Assembly (NCBI RefSeq): GCF_038025025.1
Contig: NW_027117349.1
Coordinates: 682,001 to 746,000 of the forward strand
Direction of reading: 5' to 3'
DNA length: 64,000 nucleotides
From: Phyllosticta citribraziliensis
Lineage: Eukaryota
Position numbers and translations under genes: made by a program. Below, piece by piece: positions 58,905 through 64,000 of this stretch; the first letter of the stretch is position 1, and every line of letters starts with the position of its first letter. The notes under the pieces were generated by a model. The model had not been told where the DNA came from, made no database searches, and was given only the letters and a program-made list of their open reading frames with translations.

Positions 58905-61517
58905 ATGCCGACTCCTCCTAGCTTGCTCTCCTGCCACAACTGCCGCGCCCGCAAGGTGCGCTGCGATAAAGAACGTCCCTGCGGAAACTGCCAGCGCTCC
59001 AAATCCGAATGTGTTTTTCCTTTGCAACGTGCTGCTCGCCGAAAACAAGGCCGGCGGCACGAGGAACTCTTGCGCCGTCTGGATCACCTCGAGAGCCTTG
59101 TCGACGGCCTTGGAGGCGAAGTTGCCATTACCGCGCGTCAATCAACCAAGCAAGATTCTGATGAACCTGAAGACCTCCACGAAGAAGGATCCGAGGTGGC
59201 CACTGAAAGGGGCACTGAGTGGATGACAGGAGTCGTCAAACCCTTGCTCCTAGCTCCCAGAGGTGAGCACCATGGTCCACGAGAGGATGGGTCGTACCCC
59301 GTCATGAAAGGAGATGGCGGCCGTTATCTGGGAGAGGACTTTTGGACGAGTTTAAGTGGTGAGGTAAGCTACATCCATGTTCACATCGCCCGTCTCGCCT
59401 ACCGAACCGAGAATCCTAAAGACCCTATAGGTTGAAGGCTTGAGAGAGTTGCTCAATGAGCCAACCTCAGACGATGAAGAAGATGCCTCGACGCACTTTA
59501 GCTCCCCTCCCGTCGGCGGTGATCACTATGAAAAACGCCTAATGAACAGTCTCTTCCTCTTCAGTGGTGACATGGAGACGACCGATCTGAGGTGGCTCCA
59601 TCCTCCAGGACCTCACATTGAAGCCTTGTCAAACATCTACTGGGACCGCGTCGACGTGATCTTCAAAGTTCTGCATCGTCCGACTGTCAATCCTCTCCTC
59701 AAGTCTGCGGCTGCAGATTCTCTGGCAATTCCAAAGGGTGGAGGCGAAGAGGCGCTCATGTTTGCCATTTACTTTGCTGCCGTCACCACTCTCTCTTCCA
59801 CAGAATGCTTGGAAATCTTGGGGAGGGACAAGCCTACCGTTGTTGGCCAGACGAGACATTGCTTAGAAATAGCATTGTCCAATGCGGATTTTTTGAACAG
59901 CACCGACATGCAGGTCCTCCAGGCTTTCGTACTGTACCTGGTAAGCGAAGGATGGCACTAGCCAATGAAAACTTGTTTGCCCACTAACACGGACAGGTGT
60001 GCCTGAGGAGCCACAACAAGACGCGTTCTGCCTGGACACTGGTTGCTCTGGCAGTTCGAATCGGCCAAGACCTCAATCTGCACCGCGATGGAGCTCTAAC
60101 AGGCTTTTCCCCGTACGAGACTGAGATGCGGCGTCGATTATGGTGGCAACTGGTCGTCTTGGATATTCGAGCCTGCGAGGACCGCGGTTCTTTTCCTCTC
60201 ATCTCCCTTGAGCTTTGCTCCACCAAGGTCCCACTCAACATCAATGACGAAGATATTGAGCCAAACACCCGGTCTCCGCCTGCTGAGCGAGAGGGCTACA
60301 CGGAAATGACCTTCTCGAAATTGTGCCAGGAGGCCTCGGCGGTAGCACCCAAGTTTTTCAGTCCCATCCCTGCAAACATCGACGACGAGCACAAGCGCGA
60401 CCACTGGCAACACCAAATACAGGAAGAGGTCGAACACTTCAAGGACAAGATGCAGGAAATGTTTCTCAACTACTGCAAGCCCGAGGTCCCGATTCAGTAC
60501 GTCGTCATCAAAGTGGTGCAAATCATCTTGACAGAGTTCTGGCTGCTTGTCCACTATCCCATTCAAACGCGCCGTTTCGCATTCAAGTCCAAGGCCACCA
60601 AAAAAGAGGTCCTCGAGGCAGCCGTAGCACATCTCGAGATAGATTACGAGGTGGTCATGCACCCACTTTCAACCAAATTCAGTTGGTACTTCGACACATA
60701 CGTCGAGTGGCACCCCATCGCCGTTGCACTCGCCGAGCTTTGCGTCCAAACTCGCGGTCCGCTCGTTGAAAAAGCTTGGAAGGTTGTCGACACTATTTAC
60801 GAGCGGGCACGGTCTCTGGTGACGGATGTATCACTCTGGCGACCGGTGAAAAAGCTCTATCAAAAGGCACGGCTTGCCCGTGAACAGGCTATCAGGGAGG
60901 ACGCCGAAAAGAGTCAGCAAATAAAACAATCTCCAAGTCAACAGAGCATGTCCTACAGTCCCCCAGCTCCATCGTCGAAACCTCGTCCATCCATTACGAC
61001 CAACAGCCCGACGGCGTCGACAATGGCCCCGATCCCCCCGCACCCACGCGACAACGTTCAGAGTTTTGTCCCCATGCAGCCCATGTCACAAGCTCCGGCC
61101 AGCAACGGCTATACGCCCGACTCGTATTTCTCCACCGTCTCCACGCCCGCATCCGTCAACTCGATCCCGCCACAAATGCAGTCGCAGTCCTCCCTCACAG
61201 CCCGTCATCAAGCTCAAGTGGCGGCAGCGCAAAGTCAACACAGGAACAGTCTCGACCTCATGGCTACGCAGACCACGGCTAGCCTCTCTGGCATGAATAT
61301 TGACAGCTACGTTGATCCCGTCAATTGGGAAGACTGGGACACGTTTGTACAGAGCACATGGATAGCGGACCCAAGCCACCAAACACAAGCGCGGCAGAAT
61401 GATGCCGCGACGGCTGACTGGCTCATGTCGATGGCCATCGACACAGATGGCACGACGGTACCTGCAGGGGGTTTCCCGCAGGGACCACGACCTCCACCAG
61501 GATTCGGCGGGTCTTGA
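58905..61517 (+). CDS. Zn(II)2Cys6 transcription factor with fungal-specific TF domain
   Basis: SCHNCRARKVRCDKERPCGNCQRSKSECVFP; AVRIGQDLNLHRDG..FSPYETEMRRRLWWQLVVLD. Introns 59364-59430 and 59941-59996. Confidence 0.93.
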
Positions 61518-64000
61518 GGGCCACGCCGCTCTTAGATTTCTTCTCTAAAAATCAACAGTACAGTAACGGACTGACGCTTTTCTTCGTGCCTTTCGGTGGC
61601 TATCTTTTCCCCTCAAGTTTTTTCCTACGTCTTTTCTTTCTTTTTCAGTCTTCACGTTCATGGACGCCCAAGCCTGTTTGCATCACGACTGTACGGAGGA
61701 CACGCTTTATCTAGATGGAGACGGGGCCGGGGCGTCGCTTTGTTTGAACGACCACCTGACATGTACTATATACGCAATCCCACCTCTGCTTCTACTTTTC
61801 ATTCTACCCAAAAGCAAGACAGACAGATCAGTGTGGCTTTGGATCTTTTGGCTTGTCATTCTCTATCCGTCGGCTCGTTGCAGCCGCGGGCTCGTAACGC
61901 GTTCAAATTTTACGTCATCATAGCGGCAGGAACGCAGGGTGAATGGATAATTGGGTACGGACATGTAGCGAGATGACTGCCGTTTGTGTGCTCTGCACCT
62001 CCTCGGAATTTCACCCTCGTCAATCGATTTATTGTATTTCAACCCCTTTGCATCCAGAAGCAGCGAAACAAAAGCCCGATGCGCCCTGTGCTCCACAAGA
62101 GCAGCAACCCACCCATCTCTCCCGACAATTGAACCAATCGCGCACAACCCTCACTCAACACCCAGGCAACGAACGGCTTCGCAACGACTCTCGCCCTTGG
62201 CCTCACTCACGAACCCACGCAGGGCAGCTTAGAAATCACAACAACTCTCCGCTCGCTCTCGCGCGCTCTCCACGCCCGACTCCTCCGCCGACACCAACAC
62301 ACCAGGACATCCCTGCCCAGCACCCAAGACTTCCCCCGCCGTAACTCGACCACCCACGCGCCAACACCCGATTCATTTTCCTTACCGTACAATACGCAAC
62401 GATACAACATGGCGCCAAACGCCAAACGACCAAACGCTCGTTCCGCCCAGCCTATACGACGCGCATCCGCCCGCCCGTCCGCCGGCGCTTCTCGTCCGAA
62501 CGAAACCGGTTGGTTCGATGGCACGGGATCGACCGATGAAACAGGCAAACCCTTTTCAACGGCGGAGGCGGAGTCATGGACGGGACGCGCGGGGTGGACA
62601 CGGGCGAGCTAGTCCGTCGACGGTACCTGCCAACCCGAAGCGCCTGTGAAACAACTTTACAGCGGTGCGTTGGGCGGACTGACGAGTCAGAGGAAGGCGA
62701 GCGCGAGACCGGAAATCGAGACCGACAAGGCCGGGATCGACAGCGCCGACGCCGAGGCCGAGGGCGAGCTTGCATCTCTGTATCGCATGAGTTTGGCTAC
62801 GGAAAAGCGACGACGATGACGCCTTGATCTTGGTTGCTGCTAGATCTGCGTGACTAGAGTGGGTCGTTTCATTCTGTGCCTTGATCTGGCGTTGGCGTCT
62901 TTTGGCGGCTCCTTGACTAACGCCGACGGGAGGGTTGACACTGTGGTTGCACTGACTGCCTGGAGTGTCTGCGCGAGTAGTGGTACAGATGCATGTGCGT
63001 ATGCACGCACGCTGGTGGGCTAGTTCTCTTTCCCTCTCCCGATTTCTACGCGACAGTTTTGAGTTGCGCGAGTGTGTCGCTCTTCTATTTCCTCGTGCTG
63101 CGTCAATGAGGAAGAAGGTTACACCTCTCGATGTTTCAGGGGCGTCTTTTTCTGCCATTTTGCCTTTTGTCGATTTGCTGACTGAGGTGACGAAGTCGGT
63201 GACGGAGATCCTTGATAAACCAAATAAAGGTAGGGGGGCGTGTTTATCTTTTTGCATGGCCTCAACTTTCACTCTGAAACCCTCACTTAGGTTTCTTCTT
63301 GCAAGCTGGCAGCAATCGGACTGTAAAGCTTACGCCAAAATGTCTCCTGGTAGCTCTGACCAACCGGGTTGACTGCCTGGCCAGACCTTCGACACCTAGT
63401 CGATTCAGCGCACCACTGCATCGCACTGACACTTCATCTCTCTGCATCCATAGAATCGGCTGGCAAATTTCTCCACTTGCTCCTCACCAACATCTCCCTG
63501 TCCTGTCCTCACGCTGAGCGCTGTTGTCCATCAGTATTGCTGATTTCCCCCAGTCTTCGGTTTCAGCGTCGAGCTGTCGCGCTATTCTGCCGCAAGCAAG
63601 GACACGCAGCGCCAATTCAAAGGCATCAAAATAGCTGTAGATACAACAGCACCGCGCAACTACACTCCCACTTCTACTCTACTGTTACAAATCGACAGCG
63701 AGGAAAGAAATAAGGAAATTGTGCATAGGAGGGAAAGAAGTATTGTCGCTCCACTTGATCTGACGCAGAACTTTCTCCATCTGCCATGTGGAAAGCATGC
63801 GGCCAAATAAAACGACGAAGATAAGAGGAGGCCCGTCATGGTACATCCGACGGCTGAAATGGAGTAGAAGAGGATGAAGAGATGCATGGTATTGAAAAAA
63901 GGAAAAATCCATGGCAAAGGAACGGGAATACGCTGATGTCTAGTGGGAGTGGAAGAAGCCTCCTCACTCAAGCTCGCCTAGTCGGTCTCGCTCGACACCT

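Noticed and set aside
61520..64000. ORFs near the right edge (62409-62612, 62574-63272)
   Set aside because: No recognisable domain or convincing exon structure.

Overview
Gene-dense, intron-rich genomic DNA from a filamentous ascomycete (Pezizomycotina; finer taxonomy cannot be established from this window). Most of it is a run of conserved housekeeping genes: Spo12-like, UreF, a cytochrome P450, YOR389W-like, TRAPP Trs33, malate dehydrogenase, HapE/Hap5, Fcf2, purine nucleoside phosphorylase, mitochondrial S10, a SnoaL-like protein, Sec39, a CoA-transferase III, two Zn2Cys6 transcription factors, an MFS permease, sterol acyltransferase and AP-1 gamma-adaptin. An accessory-looking block at about 21.6-33.6 kb holds poorly conserved genes (BTB-like, atypical RING-like, membrane orphans) and several repeats. 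The most notable observations are: (1) a degenerate minisatellite with an exact 33-bp period at five intergenic loci in both orientations, two of which bracket the BTB-like gene as inverted arrays; (2) a ~100-bp repeat array carrying a TGCCTCA-N4-TGAGGCA palindrome upstream of that gene; (3) a Zn2Cys6 gene whose DNA-binding domain can only be assembled through an apparent non-canonical GA-AG intron; (4) tandem 3' splice acceptors 4 nt apart that would give cytosolic versus PTS1-like MDH isoforms; (5) an intronic C/D snoRNA (snR63/SNORD46-like) in Fcf2. No transposase, tyrosine recombinase, cas gene, rRNA or tRNA was recognised. All gene models were spliced by eye.
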